From assembly GCA_951406725.2 (NCBI GenBank), contig OX597817.1, positions 126,108,001 through 126,172,000 of the forward strand: a stretch of 64,000 bases of DNA, written 5' to 3'. Of this stretch, positions 13,986 through 26,647 are shown piece after piece (within the stretch, counting starts at the first letter, position 1; each line of letters opens with the position of its first letter). The notes below the pieces were generated by a model that was given only the letters and a program-made list of their open reading frames with translations, did no database searches and had not been told where the DNA came from. Source of the DNA: Octopus vulgaris. Lineage: Eukaryota. The translations under genes and the position numbers were made by a program.

Positions 13986-16939
13986 ACTGTTTGGGGAGTG
14001 TACATACACTAGCAACCTATGTTTCGTTTCTACACACACACGTGCACAAGCATACACATACATCGAACCAATGCCACACACTAAGTCACTCACACATAAA
14101 CACGTTGATGCACATACATATATATATCCACTCACACACAAACATATGCATTTACAGAGGCACTGCTAATATCATCAAACAAAACTCTCTCTCTCTCTCT
14201 CTCAACAATATACATGCAAGCAGACTGCTCTTAACTTCTATACATACACACATATGCGTACATAGTCGCTCTTGCGAAATATGAAACTTCGCTCATACGC
14301 GGGTACTCAAACACAAATATACACACATATACATGCATACACCAACAGGAATTCCTTTTGCCATTAAGGTTACAATTCTCACTTCCAGTCAGTCATAACT
14401 GGAACGTATATACCTACCCATTTTTGTCATCACTCACTTCTATTTTCCCTTCATTCCTCTTTTCCTTGTCTATCTCCGGAGATCCTCTTGTACTCGACGA
14501 GGGTCTATGTATATTTTTAGTCTTGAAAAATTATACTATAACCTTTAAGCATACTTGTAATTTTTTGAACTTACTTTATAACTTTTTTCTTTCTTCTGTA
14601 AAAATTAACTGTGGTGTGTTTCTGTCTGTGCGTAGGTGTTTGTCGCTGGAATGTTTATTTGCCCGGGGAAAAATCTTTGGTGTACCTCTCACTAGATGTT
14701 TTGACTAAAGTTATCATATGTATACACAGGTGACCAGAGTATACGTGTGTATCACTACAAATAATGCATCCAAACCAGCTCTGCAAGTATGCAAATTTGA
14801 TTTCAATGTAACATCTGCAGCATTTAAGTGAACTGTTAGATATATTTCTGTGCATCTGTTAGAGGATAATAAATCATACACTGAACATAGAATAAATTTT
14901 AGAGAATTACAGAAAGTGAATTGTGAATGTAGAGGCAAATTGTATCATTCTTGTTTGTTTTGATAAAGATAACTTGGTGTGTTTTCAGAATTTTAAAGAA
15001 ACTGTTTCGTTGTTAAGGTACCAAAATTATATTTCTTATATTGCAGGTGTTAAGCTGACAATTTATTAAAAATAATCGTATTTACATTAATAATTTATAC
15101 AACAGTGAAATTAATCACTCTTTAGTATTTATGTTTGCCTATTGAACACTAAAAATAAAATTTACTCAAACGAATGTGGCTTTTAGCAAAAGGGAACGAA
15201 ATTAATGATTGTAAAATGTGGTAACTTGTAAGACATAATATTAAGCAGAGGCTATTTTCTATAGTCTGTCAAGTGAGATACTGTCTTTTACTTATGTTCA
15301 CTCACTTGCGTCCTGAAATCTATAGTGTTAGTCGCTGTTTACTAATCCTAAACAGTATCTGAAGAGTGTAGCAAACATTTCTTTTTTGTTTCTTTTGCTT
15401 CAGTTCCATCTCAGCAATAAAGAAAACACATCTAAGATGAAATGCATCAACTACATGAATATTCGACAATGCGCCTTGTCAGCATTTTCCAATGTATCTT
15501 TGAATTATATTGACAATATATCATGATATGAGGGACAAATGAATACAATTTCTACCCGGCCACACAGAGTCGTTAGATGTCACTGTTGGTTCTGGGAAAA
15601 TGGTATATGATATGGAGGAACGCGTCTTTCCTCAGACTACAGAGAAAGAAGTGATAATCAGTTCTTCTACATCATAATCAAAGTACTGTTTCACTCCTAA
15701 CTTTGTCACACTATGTCGTTAGTGGTTTATTATTTAAGACATATAAGCATGTTGGCTACATGTATAACAACATGCTAGTGATAACATGTGAATTGTTGAT
15801 CAGTGGACCATCGCATTCTCATTTCAAATTCTGTCGTGTTTTTCTACATGGTGGAAAACATCGTGGAGGTTTATAGCACTACTTTGGATTACTTTAGCTG
15901 AGTTTGCACTATTTCAAGATATCGGGTCAGGTATTTAGTTTGAGGAGGCCGTCCAACTATGCCAGAGTTTCTGAAAATATATATGGATACTGTATCTCGT
16001 CTTAAGTAACTAGCAAAAAGCAAATGTTCCTTAACTAAATAAAAGTAGCATAATCGTCACAGAAGGGTGTAAAAAAGATAAAAAAATCACATTTGTAACT
16101 GTCACCGAACGTTATTTAATTTTGTCTTGAGCGAATCATTGACGTAAGAACTAAGAAGCCTTACTAACTTCCAACGCAATAAATCCCGAACGCAACGACT
16201 ATGAAAATAATATAACTGTTTTAATGCTGACATTAGAGTCGTAATTGTTTTCTAAACACAAGTGATTTACTGCTGAGAAATAAACCAGCTCTGGTGATTA
16301 AGATCATATTTAATCGAGTTTATTATATATATAAATGTTGAAAAATCAAGAAAGTATTTAACATTACAGGGACTAGTGTACTGAGATAATATATAAAACT
16401 AAACATCTTTAAAAAAAGGCATATCAAGCGAAGTTTAGTAGAAGAAATATAGCCAACAGTTTCAATAAGTTGGTGTAGATACAGAGAGACGTATATGGTT
16501 TTCGAAAATAGACGTTTAAGCACGTACTCTTTATAATTGTAGATGTTTCACTTTACTTATCCTTCCACTTAAACTTCCAATGTCGATCATTCAATGAATG
16601 GATACTAATTGAAAGTCACCAAGCAGTAAATGGAGATAGAGATATATTTCTGCAGAATATGAAAGGAGGAAATATTTGTGTTTTCTTTAATGAAGGATAT
16701 TACTTGTATAGGTGTCATCTATCTCAGACGAAATTAGATAGATAAATAAATAAATAATATATGGGATTAGAATATTTGTCGATCTTTCAATGTATGACTA
16801 TATGACTAATTTCTTCAAAAACCTATAGTCTACTTTTCAGACAAATCAAACTGTTTCAAAATCATTAATCAAGGATTTACCTTCACAGATACCATATAAT
16901 AAAATTATATATCTAAATCATCAAGCCTCTACAAATTAC

Positions 16940-17250
16940 TTCGTTTTCGTATCTTGTGAGGTTCATCATATTAATAATAAATACACGCACTAGTTCTGTT
17001 TCACTTGTTCTCTTCAAATATCAACTGTTTAAGCAATAAACTAATCGATTGTTTTATTAACTATTTGCTTAATCCTGATATCCTGAATGGCGACGAAAGG
17101 ACACTCAGAACTTAGTGGAATGATAGAAAGAACGAGGGATTAATCAAGCAATCTAGTGGTTAATTGATTATGTAATAAATTAAGTGAAACAGAGTATTTG
17201 CGTGTGTCTATTATGGGCAGAAAGACCCTTCCATGATACAACAAAACCCA
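16940..17250. mobile_element. MITE-like foldback element with long imperfect inverted arms
   Basis: Left arm TTTTCGTATCTTGTGAGG...ATAATAAATACACGCACTAGTTCTGTTTCACTT pairs with the reverse complement of the right arm AAGTGAAACAGAGTATTTGCGTGTGTCTATTAT...ATGATACAACAAAA. Confidence 0.65.
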
Positions 17251-17849
17251 TTTCATCACTCCCTTTCACATCAAAAAACCTTACAAACTAAATGAAACCA
17301 CAAAATATCTTACAATAGCAGGATAATATAAATTCCTGCAGTCATCGGCAAAATATGTTTATTATCGAATTCATTTCCAATATAACATACTTACAATACC
17401 GTAAATATTTCAATGTTTTAGATGGTGTGTAATATATCCTTTTATCGGAAGTTTATATGCAACATCCAAGTGACAATGTGAAATACATTACGTCATTATG
17501 CATTTTTGTTTTAGATTCAAAGCTTCGTTCAAGCACATAGAATTCGTTTTCATCTCGCTATAGTTAAAAGGTTAATGGGAATATATTGAAGACTTCACAT
17601 GAATCATAACTCACTTACGTAACTGGTTACTGCGGTTGCGAGTTTTTCTGCGATCAGAGAAAGTAAAATAAAGAAATATTGGCAAATGTGGAATAAGAAA
17701 AAGAATTGTTGGTGCGAATTAATTACTTTTTGGTCATTAACCAGTAGTACAAAATGCAAAATTATGCAATTCACTATTCCTATTCAAACATATTTAATTA
17801 AATATTCTATAGCACAGTGAATATGGTTCATTCATATTGTGCTCTCATC

Positions 17850-18213
17850 TGTGGAGGCACAATGGCCCAGTGGTTAGGGCAGCGGACTCGCGGTCAAAGG
17901 ATCGCGGTTTCAATTTCCAGACCGGTCGTTGTGAGGGCTTAATGAGCGAAATCACGTCAAGCTCCACGAGGCCCCGGCAGGGGTGGTGGCGAACATTGAT
18001 GTACTCTTTCACTCTCTCTTTCTGTTTCTGTTTACCTGTATTTCAAAGGACTAGCCTTGTCACACTCTCTGTCACACTGAAACTCACCGAGAACTACCTT
18101 AAGATACACGCGTCTGTGGAGTGCTCAGCCACTTGCACGTTAAGTTCACCAGCTGGCTGTTCCGTTGATTGAATCAACTGGAACCCTTGTCGCCGTAACC
18201 GACCTAGTACCAC
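17850..18213 (+). mobile_element. tRNA-derived SINE family C, tail type 1
   Basis: Head GTGGAGGCACAATGGCCCAGTGGTTAGGGCAGCGGACTCGCGGTC...GGTTTCAATTTCC with A/B-box-like motifs, shared with copies at 26648 and 34792. Confidence 0.88.
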
Positions 18214-18230
18214 CTATATATATTTATTTA

Positions 18231-18674
18231 TATATAAAATAGCGTACATTTAAACACAAGAGAAAACTACCTTCAACAGGCAGATTTTACACGCTAGAAG
18301 AAGGAGTCATAATGACCAAAACCAGATTTAAAATCAATCTTGAAAAGGAATGAATAATATAAACTTTTACCTTGTTATTTTAATCCGGTCAGACCTAGGT
18401 TTCAAATTTTTGTAGCAAATAAAATAATTTGCTATGCGACATTTCTCTTCAGTGACAGCGCCATAACACTAACATATAATTAAGAGACGAATAAGACGTG
18501 TCTCATCGTTATACATGATAATTTTCCAAATTCACCGCGCAAGCGAAGTTTCATTCGTCGGTGAATGAATAAATGCCGAATTAATCTTTTTTTTACTACT
18601 TCTTCTAGCGTGTGAAAGCCCCCCGTTGAAGGCAATTTTTTCTTCTGTTTAAATGTATACTACGCTATTTTATA
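18231..18674. mobile_element. MITE-like element with ~80-bp terminal inverted repeats
   Basis: 18231-18307 TATAAAATAGCGTACATTTAAACAC...CACGCTAGAAGAAGGAGT matches the reverse complement of 18595-18674 ACTACTTCTTCTAGCGTG...TTTAAATGTATACTACGCTATTTTATA; both ends are TA-rich. Confidence 0.75.
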
Positions 18675-18765
18675 TTGAGAATATGCTGTCTATTGACTTT
18701 TTATACATGCTAGGCCACTGGTAGTGAAATTTCTAAAACAAAAATCTCGATAACCTACATTTTAC

Positions 18766-18766
<1 letters not shown>

Positions 18767-18842
<76 letters not shown>

Positions 18843-18848
18843 CTATAT
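18767..18848. repeat. (TA)n microsatellite
   Basis: Direct reading. Confidence 0.95.
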
Positions 18849-18852
18849 GTGT

Positions 18853-18906
18853 ATTCTTTTATTGGCTTCAGTGATTTGACTGAGGCCATGCCGGAGCACC
18901 GTCTTT
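18853..18906 (-). mobile_element. SINE family B 3' tail fragment
   Basis: TTCAGTGATTTGACTGAGGCCATGCCGGAGCACCG is the reverse complement of the family B tail seen at 42061-42100. Confidence 0.7.
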
Positions 18907-19210
18907 AATATATAATGGTCAACTTTCTTGTCATTTCCTATCTTAAACGGCATCTTTCACTTTTTGTAGAGTTTATGGAAGAATATCGAGTCAAGAACAT
19001 GTTTATTACATGTTCACTGCGTTGTGGTAACTGAGTTACTTGAGTCTCTTATCTTCTTTTTGTCTTTTACTTCGCGAAACTCTGTGCCATATTTTAATGT
19101 GACTCAATATCTTTCAGAATCATAATCCTTATATCAAATATCGGTCGAGTGCATAAAGAGGTCAAAAGAAAGTCTCTCTAACTATATAATAATATAAATA
19201 TCTCCAAACA

Positions 19211-19418
19211 TATTGGTTTCAAATTTTGATACAATGTCTGCAATTTCTTAATTCGATTACATTGTTCCCAGTCTTCAAATTGTACTTATTTTATCGACCC
19301 CGAAATGTTGAACGGAAAAGTTGACCATGGTGGAATTACCACTCAGAATGTAAAGACAGACGAAATATTGCTATGCATGCTGCCCGGTACGCTACCGATT
19401 CTCGCAAATTCCCGCCTT
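19211..19418 (-). mobile_element. SINE family A, degraded
   Basis: Shares TTTATCGACCCCGAAA...CTCAGAA.GTAA...CAGACGAAATA with the well-preserved copy at 33654. Confidence 0.75.
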
Positions 19419-21059
19419 AGGAACTACAAATATATTGTGCAAGGACCATGGACTATGATGTCTGGAGGGTCTGCTGAATCAGATCTGACCTGGCGCTAAA
19501 AGCAAAACCCATATTCGTGAGAGCTTATTTTACATTGTGTCCAGTATCTCAAGTGCCTCAACATGTATAATGATGTTCCCTCTTATCTACACATTATAAT
19601 GCGTTACATCAAAACATATCTGCACAAAACGATTGCTTTAAACAATATTACTAGAATAGATTTAACATTCCACTAGGAATATGCTCTCTATTGTTGTAGA
19701 ATTTAACAGAATTCTCGTTGTATATAATTTACCTTATTGTAATACGTGTTTTGTTTAATCTCTATATGTATCTTACACACAAAGCTTGCCTTGAACGTAA
19801 CAGATTCCATAAATATATTTTTTAACGAAATTTTAATTGTTAGAATTACAATTAGATGCAGCTTCTCTGTTATTTGAAAATGTCTTCTTGGCTTAGATTT
19901 TCTGCAATGACACTGATTGAAATTCTAACAGCAATGTGGTAACAGATAAACAACAACAAGGGCAACAATAACAAAAAGGTCAACAACAGCAACTACATCA
20001 TCACTAATAACCAGAACAGCAACAGCAAAGCAACAATAACAACAGAACTAGTCGCAGTAGAAGTTCTATTATACCTATAACAAGAGTTTTGATTTTGTGT
20101 TTTATATTTTCTATATATTTATCAAATATCTCTGTGAATAATGCATTTGTTTAAATAATTCAATACTTCACAATACTTCACAAGTTATTTATAATCCTGC
20201 AGAAAGCGCTTCCTATGAATATCTCTAAAGTTTGTATGTCTTTTATATTCTAAAGATCAAGAACATTAATGATGTATTGTTTTGCTATTTAGTTTGTATA
20301 TTTAATTTGCATATTGGCTTTTGTTCCAGGCATTTAATCGTTAGAATTCTGCAATAATGATTTATTATAATACATTTCTAAATTTATTGGAGAATATCCT
20401 TTGATTAAATATTGGAAACAATGAGTGTTAATCAAAGCAAATGAATACTGGAAATTGGAATATTCATTCTGAAATTTCTGAATGACGGACAAGATTTTTT
20501 ATTGCATAGTAATATAATGAAACATCCCTAATTTATAATTTCACAAATAAATGTACATTTCTGCTAAACAGCCAGAATTTAAGCTAAATATCATATTAAA
20601 GGATACACGCTTAAAATTTTACATATACTTAGATTTTGTGGACTTACTCTATGCATGGATGTATTATGGTCTAGTAATTAGAACGAAAAAAATGAATAAA
20701 TTATAACGACAAAAGATAAAGTCGGTGCGGATAATTTTACGAGAGATGTGTCAAAGCTGCATGAGAAATTACCAAAGAAATAAGTTTGATAAATACGTAA
20801 TTAATTACAGAAGGAAAATGCAAAGAATAATACATGCGTTATAATATGAGTACTACCAAACATGATTTTTAACCTGATCAATTCAAACCAACACAACATT
20901 GAAGTACGCATTATTTTTTCCCAAATATATATGTTTCTATATTTAGAAGAGAGAATAGAATAACATAATATTTTGTTATAATTACGCACCCAATGATAAC
21001 GAAATATAAGTAAGAATATTAAATAGACAGTTGTACACCAATCGTGCAGACTCACACTC

Positions 21060-21140
21060 AAACACACGCAGATACAAACATAGACATACACACACACATG
21101 TCATATACATACACACATACATATACGCATACATATAAAC

Positions 21141-21194
<54 letters not shown>

Positions 21195-21390
21195 TTCATA
21201 AATTAATAAATAAATAAAACATATGTATATATACATACATATATGTACGTACCTACTTACCTCTACATGTATATATACATGCATATTATGGGTATAGGAC
21301 ACCAAAATAACGTCGAACACAATGAGAAACGAAACCATAAACACAAAACCAAGGAAATGGATATAATATATATATATATATATATAGGTA

Positions 21391-21430
<40 letters not shown>
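21060..21430. repeat. Microsatellite cluster (CA)/(TA)/(TG)
   Basis: Direct reading. Confidence 0.9.
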
Positions 21431-21433
<3 letters not shown>

Positions 21434-22129
21434 ATCGGTAACTTTACAGTGAATAGATACTAAAGTTTTGTCACGAACACATTTCTCAAATAAATAGACT
21501 AACTTAACAGTTTGTCATAAATATATAAGCACCCAATATTAACGAAACGTATGTGAGGATATTAAACTACATATTATAGAAAATTGCACACATATTATGT
21601 TTGTGTGTGCGTGTCGAGAGCATTACAGTAACTAGAACCTTAAGTCTTGTCGTTAACAGCAATTCAATGCTATCAATCTCATTCAACGCGAATCTTAGAT
21701 TTCCACAACTCGTAAAAACTTTTGTTTTTGATTTCCGACAAATTGATCAACAGTACTGGATAATACATTGCTGTCTATATGTTTGTGAGTGTGTATCGGG
21801 GAGGATGTATGTAAATGAGAGAGAAATAGAAAAGGAGTGTGTGTGTGAACACTTTTTTTGTGCCACAACTTTATGTCTTTGTGTGTATACATATTACATA
21901 TGCAAGAGATGGCTATAAGAGCAATGAACTACAACAATTATATATCAAGGGATATCATATCTAACGTGTGGCCTTCAAATGGGGCATACATTTCGATAGA
22001 GTACTTAAAAGTTGTTGGACTAATCTGATTTACTGAAATGTAAAGTCTTATTAGTATCCTCTTTTTAAGATTGATTCTTATTTCTCATTATTGCATACGT
22101 TACTGTTGTCGCATATGCAATTCTACACA

Positions 22130-22430
22130 TAGAGACCAAAATGCAAATATATGGGAAACTGCCACCTGTGTCATCTCTTGTGAAGGGTAAGGGAATCCAG
22201 TTTGCTGGACATTGTTGTAGAGCTGAAAAAGAGGTAATTTCCACTCTTCTCCTCTGGAAGCCATCTACTCGCAATACCAGAGGGCGCACACTCTCCTACC
22301 CTGATGTAATCTCCAGGGATACAGGCATCCAGCAACAGGACCTCCGTAATGCCATGATAGACCGTGAAGTCTGGCGTAGCATGGTAAATTCCATTGTCTC
22401 GACCACGGTCGAACAATGATGATAATGATT
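22130..22430 (+). mobile_element. 5'-truncated RTE-like LINE 3' end with (TGA)n-like tail
   Basis: Open frame QIYGKLPPVSSLVKGKGIQFAGHCCRAEKEVISTLLLWKP...RGRTLSYPDVISRDTG...LRNAMIDREVWR ending at 22419, followed by TGATAATGAT. Confidence 0.85.
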
Positions 22431-22431
22431 A

Positions 22432-22970
22432 CTAGTGGGGGCTGTGAATACTTTAAGGAATTAACGACAAACCTATTGGGGTATTTCTGAAAATCTTATA
22501 CAAAACCATGAAAGTGTAGTCTGTGTTGTGTCTGTATCAAAAATCTCTCTTCAGCTAATCATTGAAAAGGCAAGGAAATTGGAATACGATGAATACTTAT
22601 TTCACAGACCTAATACACAGCACTCTACCTGTTTCTCTCTCACTCTTCACCTTACCTTCTTTTTGTCGTTTCTTTTTCTTTCGCTCTTCACCTTTCCCGT
22701 CAATTAATCACGTGACAGCGTTGCAGACGAGCTAAGTAACGGATAAAATAATTAGTTGAAAAAATTACACATTTCACACACCACAACTTCTCCCTCCTTT
22801 CTTTTCCCCTTCCCTTCCACTCTGCTCCTCTTCACTATCTCTCATCCCCTGCTCTCCTCTTCCCTATCATTCCCTCTACCTCACCTATCCCCTCCACTAA
22901 TAGAGGGTATTCACGGGGAATCTTTACAGACGGACTAAGTAACGGAGTGACAAGCAGAATTATTATAAGA
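22432..22970 (-). mobile_element. Non-autonomous Helitron-like element, copy 1
   Basis: On the minus strand it begins TCTTATAATAATTCTGC and ends ...TATTCACAGCCCCCACTAG|T, with a degenerate subterminal hairpin, CT-rich interior and no TSD. Confidence 0.65.
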
Positions 22971-23415
22971 CTAACGGGACCTGTGAATATTTCATGGAAT
23001 TAATGATAAACCGATTAGGTTCTTTCTGAAAACGTCTTCCGAAAAACCTGAAAGTGTAGCCTTTGTTGTGTGTGTATGGAAAGATAGTTTTCCTGATCCA
23101 CGCACCACCAACACCTACGCCACCACCAACACCACCACCACCACCACCACCACCACCACAACCACCACCATCATCTCACTCCCCCATCTCTCAATTCCCC
23201 CTCTCTCCATCCCCCATCTCTCCACCCACTCTATCTCTATTCCCCCTCTCTCCACCCTTCTCTCCCCACCCCTATATCTCCATCCCCCTCTCTCTCCATC
23301 CCTCTTCCTCTCTCTCTCTTTCTCTTTCCTTTTCTTTTTCCCTCTTTGTCTCTAATCGCGTGAAAACGTTGCCAACGGGCTAACTAACGTAATGTCAAGC
23401 AGAATTATTATAAAA
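22971..23415 (-). mobile_element. Non-autonomous Helitron-like element, copy 2 (head-to-tail with copy 1)
   Basis: Termini homologous to copy 1: GCAGAATTATTATAA at the right end and CTGTGAATA...GGAATTAA...TTTCTGAAAA...GAAAGTGTAG at the left. Minus strand ends CCATGAAATATTCACAGGTCCCGTTAG. Interior has (CCA)n and CT-rich sequence. Confidence 0.65.
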
Positions 23416-24243
23416 TTTGATTAATATTTTACTACACGTGCATTATATAGTCGATCTTACAATATCATTACAATACAATTCCTGTTCTTCAATGGAAGCC
23501 CCTGAATGAATTTCACGTTTTAACATCCCAACACTTCAACTTGGCTTACGGTTATTGTGTTGTATAGTTGGGTAATGAGGTGTGTGACCTTGGTATGCAC
23601 TACTAGATGGGAGCCAACTTCAGAGAAGCTGTGTATTTAAGAAGACGGCACTTTTAGCTAAAAACTTCATTTTGCAAATACGTCTTTTGTGTTCAAACTC
23701 CCCTTGGCGAATTTTGGAATCATTTCCAAAGCATAAAATATTCCTCGATACTATCAAATTACTTTGCCGGGCATCTAGTAGGTGAAGATTATTTGGAGAT
23801 CCGTCAGCCGGAGCATTCTTGTTCATCGATGGAAGCCCCTTAATACCTTTCATGTTTTAACATTACCACATCACAGCCCACTTGCCTTATTATCATCCTG
23901 TTGTATAATATATGTCAATGTCTTGCCGTAGAGATAACATCTTACGGTTTTCCCTAGTGTCTTGGGGCCCCGAAAAGGATAACAAGCCATGCCTTTCCTA
24001 CTCTGCAAATCTAATAAAAGATTTTACTTTCCTAATAACAAGAGAAAATAGATAAACGCCGCAATTTCCCTTTTATCTTCTTTGGGAATTATGTAACTTA
24101 CCAAGAAATTCAATATAATGAGTTTATAGCATACATTTTCTTGCTTAGGAAACTCGACATCTAAAACTACATGCAGCATTATAAAGAGTTAGTAACTGAT
24201 GACTTAAACATAACATGTGCCAATATAAGATCTTGACAGTAAT

Positions 24244-24457
24244 AAGGCGGCGTCTTGGCTGATTTGCTAGCTCGCTGGACAAAATGCTTTCTGTCATTTT
24301 TTCCGTTTTTACGTTCTCAGATCAAATTTCAGCAAGATCGATTTTACCGTTCATTTTTTGAGAGCTATAAAACAATTATCAGTTGAACACTGGGTTCGGT
24401 GTAATCGACATGTCCCACTCACAATAAAACGCTGGCCTTGTGTCAAAATTTGAAAAT
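24244..24457 (+). mobile_element. SINE family A with degenerate TSD
   Basis: Starts AAGGCGGCG, ends GGCCTTGTGTCAAAATTTGAAA; flanked by AATATAAGATCTTGAC (24222) and AATATAAGATTTTAAC (24458). Confidence 0.8.
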
Positions 24458-25354
24458 AATATAAGATTTTAACGCTAATATGTGCACATAATACATTTTA
24501 AATGGATACAGTAATATTTTGCAATAAAATATAAGGAATCACACATAATTCGCCTAATATCTGATACAAAATGTAGTATGTGATCCAATTTTCGGAATTG
24601 TAAATGTGAGCTGATCAAAAACTTTCAAAAGGCCTAGAAATAACAATTAAAATCTGCTTAAAAATATATAACCAAAGAGTGGATACAGTAGTCATGTCAA
24701 ACAGACTGTAAATACACTTTTATTAAATTGTTTGCATGAATCCGTAATTTATTAGCGTCTTGAATATTTTAATGCTGAACCAGTCAAATGGAAAATATGA
24801 CTTGTTTTTCCAGTGGTGCGCATGGAGAATGCCATCACCTTACACATTTAATCATTTTTAAAATGTATTCTCTGTTGCAATTTCATATTGAAATGTCACC
24901 AAAACAAATTCCTTTTCAATTGTAATTATTGTTTTATGAATGGAACAGATGCTGACACGTTTGCTATTGGGTAAATATATAAAAAACAGCTACACAATAC
25001 GAAATTTTCTGCTAATGAAAATATTGACGGTTTGACGTATTAAGGAGATGTATCAACTGGGCAGACAATATCCTAGAGACAGCATCTGATACCCCATGAA
25101 ATCACAGCTCTTTATCATAGAAAAGAAATGATATACTTGATATCAGGAGTGGATTGTTCTGAGAGAAGATGGAATAATCATTGTTTAACGCTTACACCAC
25201 TGGTTTTCTTATTATATGATAAAAAGACAGCACCACCATCAACACCAGGAACTATCCTAATAGGAAGGACATAAAGTTTTATAATGAGTTTAATCAAAAG
25301 ATCATTACATATAACTTGGGAATAGGTTGAATATCATAATTTCGTATCACCTTT

Positions 25355-25715
25355 ATGAATAAAATTCTTTCTCGTTTAGGCAAAATGACAGACATTTTTA
25401 AGAAGTAGGTAATCGATTACATCGACCCGGAAATCAACTGGTATTATTTTATCGACTCCACGACGATAAAGGATTAAGTCTGCCGGGGGGAGGGGATTTA
25501 AACTCCAGACGTACAATCAGACAAAATACTGCTAAGCATTTTGTCCGACGTGCAAACTACAAAATTCTCAACGGCATTTCGTCCGTCTTTACGTTCTGGG
25601 TGCAAATTCCCACGTGGTCGAATTTGTCTTTCATCCTTCCTGGGTGTACCAGTCAAGAACTGCGGTCGATGTAGTCTATTTCCCTCCTTCAAAACCTGCT
25701 ATCAAAATATGAACC
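25355..25715. mobile_element. Two SINE family A fragments in opposite orientation (minus ~25355-25562, plus ~25563-25715)
   Basis: TCGATTACATCGACCC...ACTGGTATTATTTTATCGAC...CTAAGCATTTTGTCCG (minus) followed by GGCATTTCGTCCGTCTTTACGTTCTG...GGTCGA...GTACCAGT (plus). Confidence 0.75.
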
Positions 25716-26099
25716 TCGTGGTTTACAATTATTTAAAACGAAAACCAAGCAATACAAACAGGAGCAAATATTGAGTAATTACGCTTTCTTTGCGGCGTTA
25801 TAAATTACCTTCCATAATTTTAATATGATATATTTCAATAGTTAATAGGAATATCTTATAAGTGCAACTGTAACAATAAATTCTTATGAAAGTCAGATAT
25901 TGTAGCATCGGTGATAAACTATTGCAAGAAATCTAATACCTTAGGCGCGTATATTTAATTATGTATAAAATTGCTTCAATGGATACGGTAATTTAAATAT
26001 TTTGATTAACATTGTAGCAGCTGGTTATATTCAAAATTTCATAAAACTTTAAACAATATGTAGAATGCTACAATAACTACTACTAATAAAATTAATAAT

Positions 26100-26622
26100 A
26101 TTTTTCTTCTATAAACGTGGAAATTGAACATTTTGGTAGAGTGGGCTTATTCGATTACATTCAATACAGTTCCCAACTGGTATTCATTTTATCGACACTA
26201 AAATAATGACATTTGAACTCGAAACGAGAAGTGCTGGAAGAAATGACTAAATATTTTACTCGGCTCAGCAAATTTTGTGCAAGATCGCCGCATTTAAATG
26301 GCAATAATTATTACTAGCGGGAGGAGAGGGAGAAGCGTTAACACGCTAAGCTAAAATACTTCGCAGCCTTTTCCCAGTCATTGCGTTTTGAATTCAAACG
26401 CTGCCATGTCCCTGGCAGCATTTGCCTTTCTTCATTTTAGTTTCAATAAAATAAATATCAGGGAAGCAAAGAGGTCGATGTTTTCGACTTCCACCCCCTC
26501 GGCTGACGCTAACTTTAATTTTATCTTTTCGGAAGTCGATAAAATGTGTACCATCGGTGTTGATGTAATCGCCGTACACCCTCCAGTATGCACGCTGCGC
26601 TTGCGCCAAAATTTAAATCCAA
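26100..26622. mobile_element. Head-to-head SINE family A relics (minus ~26100-26292, plus ~26325-26622)
   Basis: TCGATTACA...AACTGGTATTCATTTTATCGAC...TTTGAACTC (minus), then CGTTAACACGC...GAATTCAAA...TTTGCCTTTC...GTCGATAAAATGTGTACCA...CCAAAATTTAAATCCAA (plus). Confidence 0.65.
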
Positions 26623-26647
26623 CTATAGAAATTCCAAGTCAGCATAT

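Noticed and set aside
14480-14530. Possible Penelope-type hammerhead ribozyme (CTCGACGAG...GAAA)
   Set aside because: Core deviates from CUGANGA and stems I/III could not be established.
23063-23383. Proline-rich and threonine-rich ORFs
   Set aside because: Translations of (CCA)n and CT-rich interior of the Helitron-like element.
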